Shown here: piece after piece, positions 33,376-41,797 of the stretch
Numbering within the stretch: position 1 is the stretch's first letter
How the letters are laid out: each line of letters starts with the position of its first letter
Source: Candidatus Jorgensenbacteria bacterium
Lineage (GTDB): Bacteria > Patescibacteriota > Minisyncoccia > UBA6257 > GWB1-50-10
DNA length: 64,000 nucleotides
Assembly: GCA_030648515.1 (NCBI GenBank)
Contig: JAUSHK010000005.1
Span: forward strand, 162,895-226,894
Direction of reading: 5' to 3'
The notes under the pieces: model-generated
What the model was told of the DNA's origin: nothing
Database searches by the model: none
Seen by the model: the letters and a program-made list of their open reading frames with translations, nothing else
Made by a program: the position numbers and the translations under genes

Positions 33376-33518
33376 GACCTACTCCTTGTGTTTTGAATTA
33401 ATAAAAGGCGGAGGAGAACTAGATTGGTCTCCGCAGTGGATGAGTGAGAATGTTCTAGTTTTTCAGTTTATAACATTACAAAATTAATATCAATAACTCT
33501 GTGGATAATGAATAAAAT

Positions 33519-33546
33519 ACCCTTCCGATCCCGGGATCGGAAGGGT
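33519..33546 (-). terminator. Terminator of the tRNA-like array
   Basis: Perfect 28-bp palindrome ACCCTTCCGATCCCGGGATCGGAAGGGT followed by ATTTTATT on the minus strand. Confidence 0.75.
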
Positions 33547-33552
33547 TTGTGC

Positions 33553-33616
33553 TGCACAGAAGCGGGAATTTAACCCGCGAGTTTTCTTTGTGAGAAAAGA
33601 CGATCGTTTTCTGCGC
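33553..33616 (-). pseudogene. tRNA-like unit 5: D-armless, loop CT-CAC-AA (Val-like)
   Basis: Acceptor GCGCAGA/TCTGTGC, T arm GCGGG-TTAAATT-CCCGC, weak anticodon stem. Confidence 0.55.
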
Positions 33617-33620
33617 TGCG

Positions 33621-33690
33621 CGGCGGGAGAAGGATTCGAACCTCCGTAATCCCATTTGAATAGGATGCTCTGCCTCTAAGCTATCCCGCC
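33621..33690 (-). pseudogene. tRNA-like unit 4: 6-nt anticodon loop TTCAAA
   Basis: GGCGGGA/TCCCGCC acceptor, GCTT/GAGC D stem, TCCTA/TGGGA anticodon stem, GGAGG-TTCGAAT-CCTTC. Confidence 0.75.
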
Positions 33691-33718
33691 TAAGAAATAT
33701 AATGATGTAAAACTGTCG

Positions 33719-33820
33719 AGGCCCTAACTGGATTCAAACCAGTGACCATCTCGTTATCCAATCAATGCTATAAACATTGACCGGCGAGGCACTCTGACCA
33801 TAACTCTGAGCTATAGGGCC
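33719..33820 (-). pseudogene. tRNA-like unit 3: Ile(GAT)-like with 24 extra nt forming a hairpin in the anticodon loop
   Basis: GGCCCTA/TAGGGCC acceptor, ACTGG-TTTGAAT-CCAGT T arm, 31-nt loop ending GATAA. Confidence 0.75.
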
Positions 33821-33824
33821 GTCG

Positions 33825-33897
33825 AACGGGGAGAAGGACTTGAACCTCCGACCTAATGCTCCCGAAGCACTTGCTCTACCAGCTGAGCTATCCCCGT
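33825..33897 (-). tRNA. tRNA-like unit 2: Pro(CGG) anticodon with atypical A1-U72 and U73
   Basis: Full cloverleaf, loop TT-CGG-GA; lacks the C1-G72/A73 of normal bacterial tRNA-Pro. Confidence 0.75.
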
Positions 33898-33903
33898 AAT
33901 CGC

Positions 33904-33995
33904 TGGGGGGTAAGGGACTCGAACCCCTGACGCACGGATTTAACGTCCGCCGCTCTAACCAACTGACCTGCCTGCGCAGGCAGGGCTAACCCCCG
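33904..33995 (-). pseudogene. tRNA-like unit 1: Asn-like arm, loop CGTTAAA, D stem interrupted by an 18-bp palindrome
   Basis: GGGGGTTAGC[CCTGCCTGCGCAGGCAGG]TCAGTTGGTTAGAGC-G-GCGGA-CGTTAAA-TCCGT..AGGGG-TTCGAGT-CCCTT. Confidence 0.75.
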
Positions 33996-34013
33996 AACAA
34001 AAAACTGTTTTAG

Positions 34014-34042
34014 AGTGTACCTCTATGATTTTATTCCGTCAA
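34014..34042 (-). promoter_or_regulatory. Promoter of the tRNA-like array, TTGACG-N17-TACACT
   Basis: Near-consensus boxes ending 18 nt upstream of unit 1. Confidence 0.75.
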
Positions 34043-34045
34043 GAT

Positions 34046-35503
34046 TTACGGCGTCTGCGAGTTTTGCGGCGATGGAGATGGCCTAATTGTAAATTCATTA
34101 CTTGTCCATGCGGCGCGCTCATAGCTCTGCCCTTTCAAAATTTCTGTCCAACTTGCTTCATCAGTTTTTTCTCCCGACGCGTTATAAATCACAACCGCGT
34201 TATTCGTGTACGCAAGTGAATACGAGTGCGGCCACACAACATCCAAAATCGGTTCTCCTGTATATCCGGTTTCGTTCCCAAGGAGGAAAAATTTCTTTGG
34301 TTGTATGCTTTTTCCTTCGAGTCGGCTTATGGCAACAAATGATGATTCGCTTCCCGAAGAACTTTTCTTTTTAATAGTCCACCCGGTAAGGTCTGCTTGG
34401 GTGTCGCCCGCGTTATAGAGTTCAATAAAATCAAAATCAGCGTTTCCTTCCATGCCCGCCATCACTTCGCTTATTAAAACGCGTGCTGGCTGTTGTGGTG
34501 TTTCTGACGGCGATTGCGGCGGCGGTGCTTCCGGCGTTTGTTGTAGCTGTTGCGATGCTCCACCGCTTTCCGGCTCCTCTGCGACTGATGTCTCCGCGGT
34601 AACTATGGTTCGCGGTGAATTTTGTATCTTCGGCGTTCCACCTGGAATGCTCGAGGTATACCACGAGAAATCCGTAGCACGCTCCATCGTTGCTTTTGTT
34701 TCATTGTTTCCGGCGGGCCACGCTGGCAAAGCCGATACTTTATCAATCGGGCGACACCCAGCGTCAAAAAGCGTAAGTTCTTCATCGCTGTTATTTATCG
34801 TTCCAGAAAACGCTGCGTCCGCGCCATCCGTCCAATTTTTATCCTTGCCCTGCCTTGCTAAAACAAACGTACCGCCGGCGGAGAGCACCGCATCGTTTCG
34901 TATTACCGTTTTTATCGTCCTGCTTTTATCAAACAGCTGCCAGCCGCCGATCGGAATTACTGCTGACGATATATTTTTTAGCTCAATCCATTCGCGCTGA
35001 GCACTTACAGCGTCCCCCATCCATGCAACTTCGTTAATAATTACCGGGTCGTTGGCTGGCGGCGCGCCAGTTTCCAAACAAAAAACCGGCTCCTTTTGCA
35101 CTGGTCGTGCCGGAACCGGCGGTTGCGCCATCACTACCGGCGATTCTGGTTCTTCAGTTTCAGTTGTCGTGGCTTGTTTTTTCTGTTTAACGGCGGTTTT
35201 CGCCACAGAATTTACCGCGACCGCTGTTTTTTGGGTTTTTATATTTCCTGCCGTGCGTCCCTGAGCCGCGACAATATTATTTTGTAAACCGCTTGCAGAT
35301 TTTTCCTCTACTACCTCCATATCAGTTCTGAGCGGAATTTCATCAACGAGCGTACCGGCTTCAAAACTATTTACAGGAAACAAGCTTGCTATAAGCGCGC
35401 CGTTTTTAAAACTTTCTGACTGAAACACTTCTTTTCCGGAAAAAAACCCGCTGGCGCACAAAATGATGGTCCCTAGAATAATTGCGAGTTTGTTTACTGC
35501 CAT
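34046..35503 (-). CDS. Secreted protein with two lamin-tail domains
   Basis: VIINEVAWMG..EWIELKN and VLISEVMAG..DFIELYN; Pro/Gln-rich linkers. Confidence 0.85.
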   Translation of the reverse strand: MAVNKLAIILGTIILCASGFFSGKEVFQSESFKNGALIASLFPVNSFEAGTLVDEIPLRTDMEVVEEKSASGLQNNIVAAQGRTAGNIKTQKTAVAVNSVAKTAVKQKKQATTTETEEPESPVVMAQPPVPARPVQKEPVFCLETGAPPANDPVIINEVAWMGDAVSAQREWIELKNISSAVIPIGGWQLFDKSRTIKTVIRNDAVLSAGGTFVLARQGKDKNWTDGADAAFSGTINNSDEELTLFDAGCRPIDKVSALPAWPAGNNETKATMERATDFSWYTSSIPGGTPKIQNSPRTIVTAETSVAEEPESGGASQQLQQTPEAPPPQSPSETPQQPARVLISEVMAGMEGNADFDFIELYNAGDTQADLTGWTIKKKSSSGSESSFVAISRLEGKSIQPKKFFLLGNETGYTGEPILDVVWPHSYSLAYTNNAVVIYNASGEKTDEASWTEILKGQSYERAAWTSNEFTIRPSPSPQNSQTP

Positions 35504-35602
35504 AACACGCTTGAGTTTTTTCTATTCGTTGTTTTTATTTTAACACAAAAAAATAACCGCTCGGTTCACTTTACAGTGAGACGAGCGGCGAAATATTGAG
35601 AG

Positions 35603-36061
35603 TTACCATCTTTTAAACGCGACTTCCAAATGAAGTCTTGCGCAAAAAAGGCAGTTTCCGAGGCTTGACCGGAAGAATGTTTTCCTCATATTCCTTACCG
35701 GCATAATGAAAAAATTATGAACGCGGTTGCGGACTCTTTTTGTAAACTCACCTAACTTGTCGGTAAATTTACTAATATCTCTTTTAAAAACTTGCCATGC
35801 TGATATTGCGAACAGCGCGGAGAAAACCGTAAGCGCAAACGGCAGATTTTGAACTTCTTGAGGAAATCGCGCATATATTACTGCCAGTAACACAATCGAT
35901 GAAGCAGAGAATGCTGTCCCTGATAAACCGAGATAGAATTTCAAAATTTCGTTTTTGCGGTTTCGTCGTAAACTCCCGTTTCTATTTGACATTGATGCAA
36001 TGGCAATCCCAACAACGGAGAACGTAGATACCATAAAAAACACCGCCAATATGATAAGCAT
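35603..36061 (-). CDS. Orphan 3-TM membrane protein in a stand-alone cassette
   Basis: SD AAAGGAGG (36067-36074), TTGACA-N18-TAAAAT (36129-36158), terminator 35557-35589. Confidence 0.7.
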   Translation of the reverse strand: MLIILAVFFMVSTFSVVGIAIASMSNRNGSLRRNRKNEILKFYLGLSGTAFSASSIVLLAVIYARFPQEVQNLPFALTVFSALFAISAWQVFKRDISKFTDKLGEFTKRVRNRVHNFFIMPVRNMRKTFFRSSLGNCLFCARLHLEVAFKRW

Positions 36062-36156
36062 ATCTTCCTCCTTTATCTTAATTTTATTTGTTTGCGCGGT
36101 TTTTAGCGCCTAACTTTATACTGGTTAAATTTTAGCATAACCCAAGTTATTTTGTC

Positions 36157-36241
36157 AACCCAGTTAGAAATAGCCTGCCCACAGGCCTTTTGGGCGCGCA
36201 GGCGCTCTGCCTGCCGGCAGGCATGGACTTCTAATGGGGTT
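36157..36241. repeat. About 85-bp REP/MITE-like element with terminal inverted repeats and internal palindromes
   Basis: AACCCAGTTAGAA ... TTCTAATGGGGTT ends; internal TGCCTGCCGGCAGGCA. Confidence 0.6.
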
Positions 36242-36290
36242 AATACAAACAACCTAGGGGACCAGCAACGGACGGGGTTTGTTATGTTAT

Positions 36291-37217
36291 CTAATAACAA
36301 GTCCAGTTTGTGAGTTGACTTCCATCGCCACTTGCGCAGTTACATGAATACCCAGGAGGATTTGATGTTCCGTCAAAGCCAGTGGCAGGCCTGTATGTTG
36401 GGACGGAACTTGATTCATTAACACAGCCTGTATCTGACCTCCATCTAGAGTTATACGCAACGCTTCCTGTAGTGGGCGCGTTTCCAAAATCAACGGCCCA
36501 TTGGTTGTAACAGTTGCCGACTATTCCAAAGTAGTCCGGTTTAACAGGAAGCCATTCTCCTCCGCCTCCACCGCCCCCGCCTGGGTTTAAGGAAGCTGTA
36601 CTACAATCCATATCCCACGGATCAAACCTCGTGTTCTTAGCAACAATGCTGCCACCGCAGTCAGCTTCGCTATACCATTGCGTTTCTGTGTAAGTAGCTT
36701 TATACGCCCCATCCCACGATTCCGGAGTGTGGTTAGTCCCAAGTGACATGTTAACATCAACATCTGAATCGCAATTATCGTCCCAATTACTGTTACAGGA
36801 TCCTGTAGCGCCTGGGTTTATACTCGCTATTCCATCATTACAATCACTGCCACCGTTGTTAGTAGAAAGACACGCCGTTGTCGCCGCCCCATCACTATCC
36901 GTATCTGCCGTCACACAACTGCTTCCGTTCCAGCATTCACCGACGGCACAGCATTGCGCCGAAGTCGTGCTCGGCGGTAGATTGCTCAAAAATGTTGACC
37001 ACTCGCCCGCTGTATTCGTCGGAACAAAATATGTATCGCCCGAGGTGTTATTAATTTTTCTGCACGCGTCGCTTCTGCTTGCCGCGTTAATCGTTATATT
37101 TGAACTTGGCGTGCTCTGGTATCCTTCGCTTAATGTATTAATGCCGTAAAGCGCCAATGGCAGAAAGAGAATAACCAGCGCGAAAATGAGCCGGTATTTT
37201 TTTATAAACTCAAGCAT
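36291..37217 (-). CDS. Cys-rich secreted/anchored protein with a MopE-like metal-binding repeat
   Basis: N-terminal TM; DTDSDG...DCND...INPGA...DDNCD motif; poly-Gly linker. Confidence 0.7.
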   Translation of the reverse strand: MLEFIKKYRLIFALVILFLPLALYGINTLSEGYQSTPSSNITINAASRSDACRKINNTSGDTYFVPTNTAGEWSTFLSNLPPSTTSAQCCAVGECWNGSSCVTADTDSDGAATTACLSTNNGGSDCNDGIASINPGATGSCNSNWDDNCDSDVDVNMSLGTNHTPESWDGAYKATYTETQWYSEADCGGSIVAKNTRFDPWDMDCSTASLNPGGGGGGGGEWLPVKPDYFGIVGNCYNQWAVDFGNAPTTGSVAYNSRWRSDTGCVNESSSVPTYRPATGFDGTSNPPGYSCNCASGDGSQLTNWTCY

Positions 37218-37219
37218 TT

Positions 37220-38299
37220 CTATCTTATTTTTTTACGAAGCGCCTCAAGTTCTATTTTCAATTTATTAATCTGCTTTTGCTGTTCCTTTACTGCCTCAAT
37301 AAGCGGCGCAACTAAGTTTGCGTACTGAAGCGACATCACGCCGGTTGCTTCATCGGTTGAGACAAGCTCTGGAAAAACTTTTTGCGTATCTTGTGCGATG
37401 AGCCCTATGCTCCCACTTCCATCTTTTTTCCATTCAAATGAAACGCCCTGCAACTGCATTATTTTCTGAAGCGAGTTCTGAAGTGGCTTTATATTTTCTT
37501 TCATCCTGACATCGGATGAATAATAAAACGCTGTTGCCTGAACATTTCCGGTTACGGCTAATTTATATGAGCCCGGGTTTGTGTTTCCTATGCCAACGCT
37601 ATAACTCGTTGAGGACGCATAAAGGTTGGAACCGGAAAGAGTCCAGTGGTTAGACACGTTTGCTGCGGCTGTAGTTTGAATAGTATTGTCTGAAAATACA
37701 ATTCCATAACTTGAACTCGCGATTCGCATATTTCCGTTTGATATAGTGCTTGTACCAACTATGTGAAGAGGCGTTGCAGGATTAGTTGTCCCGATACCTA
37801 CCAGGCCAGCGGAACTGATTCGCATTACTTCAGTGCTTGAGCCAAGGCGCACGCCACTTTGAACATCAAGTTTATACGCCGGCGCGTTAGTCCCGATGCC
37901 GATGCGTTCATTTGTAGCATCAACAAAGAGAACTGTATTAGCCGACGCGGCTCCCTGAAAAGTGTAGTTGCCTTTTCCTACTACCGAGCCAAAAACTCCG
38001 GTTGAAACGTTCCCGGCGGACGTCGTTGTAGCTACGGACCCGCTTACGGCTGATGTCTGCGTGGTGCCGTCAAAAAATTTAATTCCGTTTAATGCATAAA
38101 TCGTGCCGGCTCCCTGGCTTGTTGTTGTGCCCACTGAAAGACTTCCGAGAATAGTGGTTGTTGACGCGTTTAATATTCTATAAACACCATCAAAATCAAG
38201 GTCGCTGCCAACGTTTATGGCCGCCGTCAGAGAAACAGTTCCTAGAAAAAGCGTGACGGCTAAAACTATAAAAATTACTCTTTTATTTTTTTCTCCCAT
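37220..38299 (-). CDS. Tail-fibre-like secreted protein with C-terminal peptidase S74 intramolecular chaperone
   Basis: Signal peptide, repeated (V/I)GIG(T/N)TNP, SSDVRMKENI...GLIAQD...YANLVAPLIEAVKEQQ. Confidence 0.88.
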   Translation of the reverse strand: MGEKNKRVIFIVLAVTLFLGTVSLTAAINVGSDLDFDGVYRILNASTTTILGSLSVGTTTSQGAGTIYALNGIKFFDGTTQTSAVSGSVATTTSAGNVSTGVFGSVVGKGNYTFQGAASANTVLFVDATNERIGIGTNAPAYKLDVQSGVRLGSSTEVMRISSAGLVGIGTTNPATPLHIVGTSTISNGNMRIASSSYGIVFSDNTIQTTAAANVSNHWTLSGSNLYASSTSYSVGIGNTNPGSYKLAVTGNVQATAFYYSSDVRMKENIKPLQNSLQKIMQLQGVSFEWKKDGSGSIGLIAQDTQKVFPELVSTDEATGVMSLQYANLVAPLIEAVKEQQKQINKLKIELEALRKKIR

Positions 38300-38352
38300 T
38301 TTAAAATCGTTTAGTTATATGGCCTTTTATCTTGTTTATTATACCACGAGCT

Positions 38353-38892
38353 TTATTTCAATTTATTAACAATGAGCGTTCCACCCACTTTATCTCGTCC
38401 AACGCACGAATCGCGGCAAAAGAATTCATATTGGCCGTAGGAAGCAGCGCTAAATTGCAGGCGACCAGTTTCTCCTTTTAATACCTTCCTGTATGAGCCG
38501 GTGTCCGGCAAGAAAAAGTCGTAAGCATTGTCAATCGCTTTTATTCTTAAATCCACTGTATCGCCCTCGTTTACAACAATCACCGACGGCACGTATTTAT
38601 TATTATTCCCTTGGATTTCAAATACGCGAAAAGCGTACGAGCCTTGTTTGTTCACGCTAATTGGCACAGCAACTCCAGTGGGTGTTGATGTCGCGCCATC
38701 CGGAGTTTCTATGTCTATAGAAAGTTTTTCCCTTGTGCCTCCCTGCACGCTTGGAAGCGCGTCTGAATTCCACGGGCGGAACCCATCAAGCTTGCGCGTT
38801 GATTTTTCATAATAACTCCAGCTGAAATAGCCGGCTATAAGCAGGACTATTAAAAGCCCTATAATTAGATCGCGTTTGACGTTAGAGTCCAT
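38353..38892 (-). CDS. Membrane-anchored cupredoxin-fold protein
   Basis: YVPSVIVVNEGDTV...GQYEFFCRDSC. Confidence 0.75.
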   Translation of the reverse strand: MDSNVKRDLIIGLLIVLLIAGYFSWSYYEKSTRKLDGFRPWNSDALPSVQGGTREKLSIDIETPDGATSTPTGVAVPISVNKQGSYAFRVFEIQGNNNKYVPSVIVVNEGDTVDLRIKAIDNAYDFFLPDTGSYRKVLKGETGRLQFSAASYGQYEFFCRDSCVGRDKVGGTLIVNKLK

Positions 38893-38923
38893 TCTAATTT
38901 AGTTTTATTATATCAAACCGGCT

Positions 38924-40441
38924 TTATAAAAAACTTACTTTGTAATCAAGACGCAGGCGGTCAAGAAACGGCGTGGTTTCTGTGTCGCTGTCAGGAGTGA
39001 ATCGCGCGCGCCACAAAAGCCGGCTTCTGTTTTCTCCGCTAAAACTAACGTCTTGATTAAGCGTGGCAGGCACCCATGTTACGCCATCACTTGAAAGCGC
39101 AAACTCAACTTTCCCTCCTGAAGTAGAAAAATCTAGTTCTGAAATTTTTGCGCTTCGTACTTCAGCCGGATAGTTGTTGATATTCGCCGATGTTACTTCA
39201 CGCGATTTGCTTTTATCAAAGCCGTCGTCTTTTATCTCCCAAAATTCTGTATTCAGCGCATTGCCAGTTTTCGCGCGTAAAACCACCTCGCCTTTTTGAG
39301 TTGCCTCAATATTAAACGAGGCATTTGAAGCGTTCCGTAATGGCCCAACGAGAGACGTGAGGTCGGCTATGCCTTGGATTTCTCTGGTTTTATTTTGAAA
39401 TAGTTTTATAAGTTTTGGATTGCCGGACGTGAGGCTGAAAATATACCACGCAGTAGATTCCGAATCGTTCCCGACTTGCGTACGCAGAACAACTGGCTGA
39501 AAACCATCATCCATAAGTCGCGAGTGAAAGAAGTATGAAAGATCTGTTGGTGTTTCGCCCCCACGAATTCGATACGCGATGCCTTCATACGCGCCATACA
39601 TCGCAATCCAATCATTGTCGTTCCCGCCGAAACCAAGCGTCCCTGGGTACTGTGAAACAAAAGGATTCCCCTCCCCGCCAAACACCTTACTGAAATTCTT
39701 GCCGTCAAAGTAAAATGCCCATCCCTCATATGTTCCATCATTGCGCCGAGTCACTGCGCCAAGCAAAAGCAACGCATCTAAGTTCCCGACGGAAATATTT
39801 ACTAGCTGTTTTCCTTGTAAGTCTGCTGGAAGCGAAAGCTGGCTACCTTGAAATAAAAGCTCAAAATCGCGCTGGGAAAAACATTTACTGCCCGCGCAAC
39901 GGACGTCCTCTCCATTCGACCCGCGTTCAACGAACCCGTTCGGCTGGCTCAGAGCAGGTCTTCCCGCGAAAGCCGTGATTTTTTGCGCTGATATTACTGT
40001 CGGAAACATAAACGCCGTAGCCGACCTGTCCTGGTGCATTGTCGTTTTTGACTGGTCAATCCATCCGACGCCAGAAAAAAGATCAGTAAAACTTGAGAGC
40101 GTGAGATTTTCTTCTGCTTTCTGTTGAACGGCGAATGGCGATCCTGGCGGAAGCGGCTCTTTGGTGATTACTGGAGCAATACTTGGCTTTGTGCCAAATT
40201 GAATTGATAAAGGCGGTCTTATTCCTGATGGTGCCGTTCCGATTTTCTGCTCCGTTTCAAATGTCCGTAAATTTGTAAGAAGCTGTTTCCCAAGTCCAGC
40301 CTCAAACCATGAGCGGAGCAAACTTGCCCCGCCGATTATAAGCACTGCGAACCCGAGAATAAGAACCATCGTAGTAAATGCAACGCCGACGCCGGAGAAG
40401 ACGCGGCGCAGTGAATCACGGTTTTTAAAAACTCGATTCAT
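38924..40441 (-). CDS. Membrane-anchored hypothetical surface protein
   Basis: N-terminal TM; beta-rich; C-terminal FALSSDG..W..LLWRARF..TP motif. Confidence 0.7.
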   Translation of the reverse strand: MNRVFKNRDSLRRVFSGVGVAFTTMVLILGFAVLIIGGASLLRSWFEAGLGKQLLTNLRTFETEQKIGTAPSGIRPPLSIQFGTKPSIAPVITKEPLPPGSPFAVQQKAEENLTLSSFTDLFSGVGWIDQSKTTMHQDRSATAFMFPTVISAQKITAFAGRPALSQPNGFVERGSNGEDVRCAGSKCFSQRDFELLFQGSQLSLPADLQGKQLVNISVGNLDALLLLGAVTRRNDGTYEGWAFYFDGKNFSKVFGGEGNPFVSQYPGTLGFGGNDNDWIAMYGAYEGIAYRIRGGETPTDLSYFFHSRLMDDGFQPVVLRTQVGNDSESTAWYIFSLTSGNPKLIKLFQNKTREIQGIADLTSLVGPLRNASNASFNIEATQKGEVVLRAKTGNALNTEFWEIKDDGFDKSKSREVTSANINNYPAEVRSAKISELDFSTSGGKVEFALSSDGVTWVPATLNQDVSFSGENRSRLLWRARFTPDSDTETTPFLDRLRLDYKVSFL

Positions 40442-40447
40442 AATCCG

Positions 40448-41026
40448 CTACTGCACCACCATTGTTCCTCTTTCGCTTCCGTGATTTGGAACATCGCAGT
40501 GAAATGTATATGTGCCGCGCGCCGGAGCGTTGAAGGTTATGGCGCGCGTCTCGTTCGGCCCGATTCCCATCGCAACAGCAGAAAGAGACGGATCGTCAAA
40601 TTTAAATACGTGCGTTTTCTCATCGGTTGATGAAATCGCAAGTGTTATTACGTTTCCAGCTGACACGGAGAATGTCGCGGGCAAAAAACCGCCCGTCGAC
40701 ACCGAGAGTTTTATTGCTTTCGAGGGCAGTTGTTTTTCTGAAATAGAATTAGATTGTTGTGGCGCTTCCTGCGTGCCGGGCACTGCGTTTAATTTTACTG
40801 GGGCACCATTTTGCGTCACTACCTTCCCCGTTTCTGAAACCGGGCTGGCCCCAGGCACCAGTGGAACAAGTAAGGTATTTTTTGTTGCTGTTTGTGTCCC
40901 GGAAACAGTTCCGTTGTTTGGAGTTGTTGGCGATTTTGAGTTGCTTCCCCAGACCGCAAAATAAATTATCGCGATAGCGCCTACTACGCCGATTACAATC
41001 CAGGCTTTTGAGTTATTTTCTTCCAT
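40448..41026 (-). CDS. Membrane-anchored cupredoxin-fold protein
   Basis: GFLPATFSVSAG, THVF, YTFHCDVPNH. Confidence 0.82.
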   Translation of the reverse strand: MEENNSKAWIVIGVVGAIAIIYFAVWGSNSKSPTTPNNGTVSGTQTATKNTLLVPLVPGASPVSETGKVVTQNGAPVKLNAVPGTQEAPQQSNSISEKQLPSKAIKLSVSTGGFLPATFSVSAGNVITLAISSTDEKTHVFKFDDPSLSAVAMGIGPNETRAITFNAPARGTYTFHCDVPNHGSERGTMVVQ

Positions 41027-41036
41027 TCGCTATTTA

Positions 41037-41618
41037 TTATTTTACAGTCATTTTTCCCACAAGACCTTGCGCGGCCTGGCCAGGAACTGCCGAGCGGAAA
41101 TCATATACCCCAGGAGCCGGCGCATTGAAATTGATAACCCTTGATTGGCCGGGCGGCACGCCAACCGTAACTGCCGAGAGTGACGAATCGTCAAATGCAA
41201 AAAGATAACTTTGACCATCAAGCGAAGTGACTGCGAGTGTCACCACGGAGCCCGACCGTACTTCAAATGTTGACGGAGAAAACCCTTTTGATGATGCCGT
41301 GATTTTTATCGCTGTCGGCGGAATGCTTCCTTGTCCGACTACAACTGATTGCTTCGGCGCATCGGCAGAGCCCGGCGCTGCGTTATTTTGTGCGGTTTTA
41401 CCCGATTCAGTGATTACTTCTCCGCCCTTAACCTGACTAATACCCGGCAATGTTGTCCCTGGTGTTGCTATAGGCATTCCCCCTCCAGGCACTACGGTTC
41501 CGCTACTAAGATTATTTCCTGCTGGAGTCCATCGAGTAAAAATAACTAGTGCGAGAACTGCAACGGCGGCAACTACTCCGATTATAATCCATATTATTGT
41601 TGTTTTGTTTTCTTCCAT
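41037..41618 (-). CDS. Membrane-anchored cupredoxin-fold protein without metal ligands
   Basis: Paralog of the adjacent gene; GFSPSTFEV, YDFRSAVPGQ. Confidence 0.78.
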   Translation of the reverse strand: MEENKTTIIWIIIGVVAAVAVLALVIFTRWTPAGNNLSSGTVVPGGGMPIATPGTTLPGISQVKGGEVITESGKTAQNNAAPGSADAPKQSVVVGQGSIPPTAIKITASSKGFSPSTFEVRSGSVVTLAVTSLDGQSYLFAFDDSSLSAVTVGVPPGQSRVINFNAPAPGVYDFRSAVPGQAAQGLVGKMTVK

Positions 41619-41797
41619 AGAATTAACTTATAACTAATAATGTATAACCTATGACCCATGACGATTGCTGTTATTTGTTATTGGTTATTTGTTATACGTT
41701 GCTTTTATTTTTGACCTTTCATTGACGGCCGACGACCTATGACATCCAATGGCCGTAATTAGTTCCTTGTCGTTTGTCATTAGTTATTAGTCATTTG

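Noticed and set aside
33500-33508. Perfect DnaA box TTATCCACA on the minus strand
   Set aside because: Single box with no cluster and no dnaA/dnaN nearby; insufficient for an origin call.
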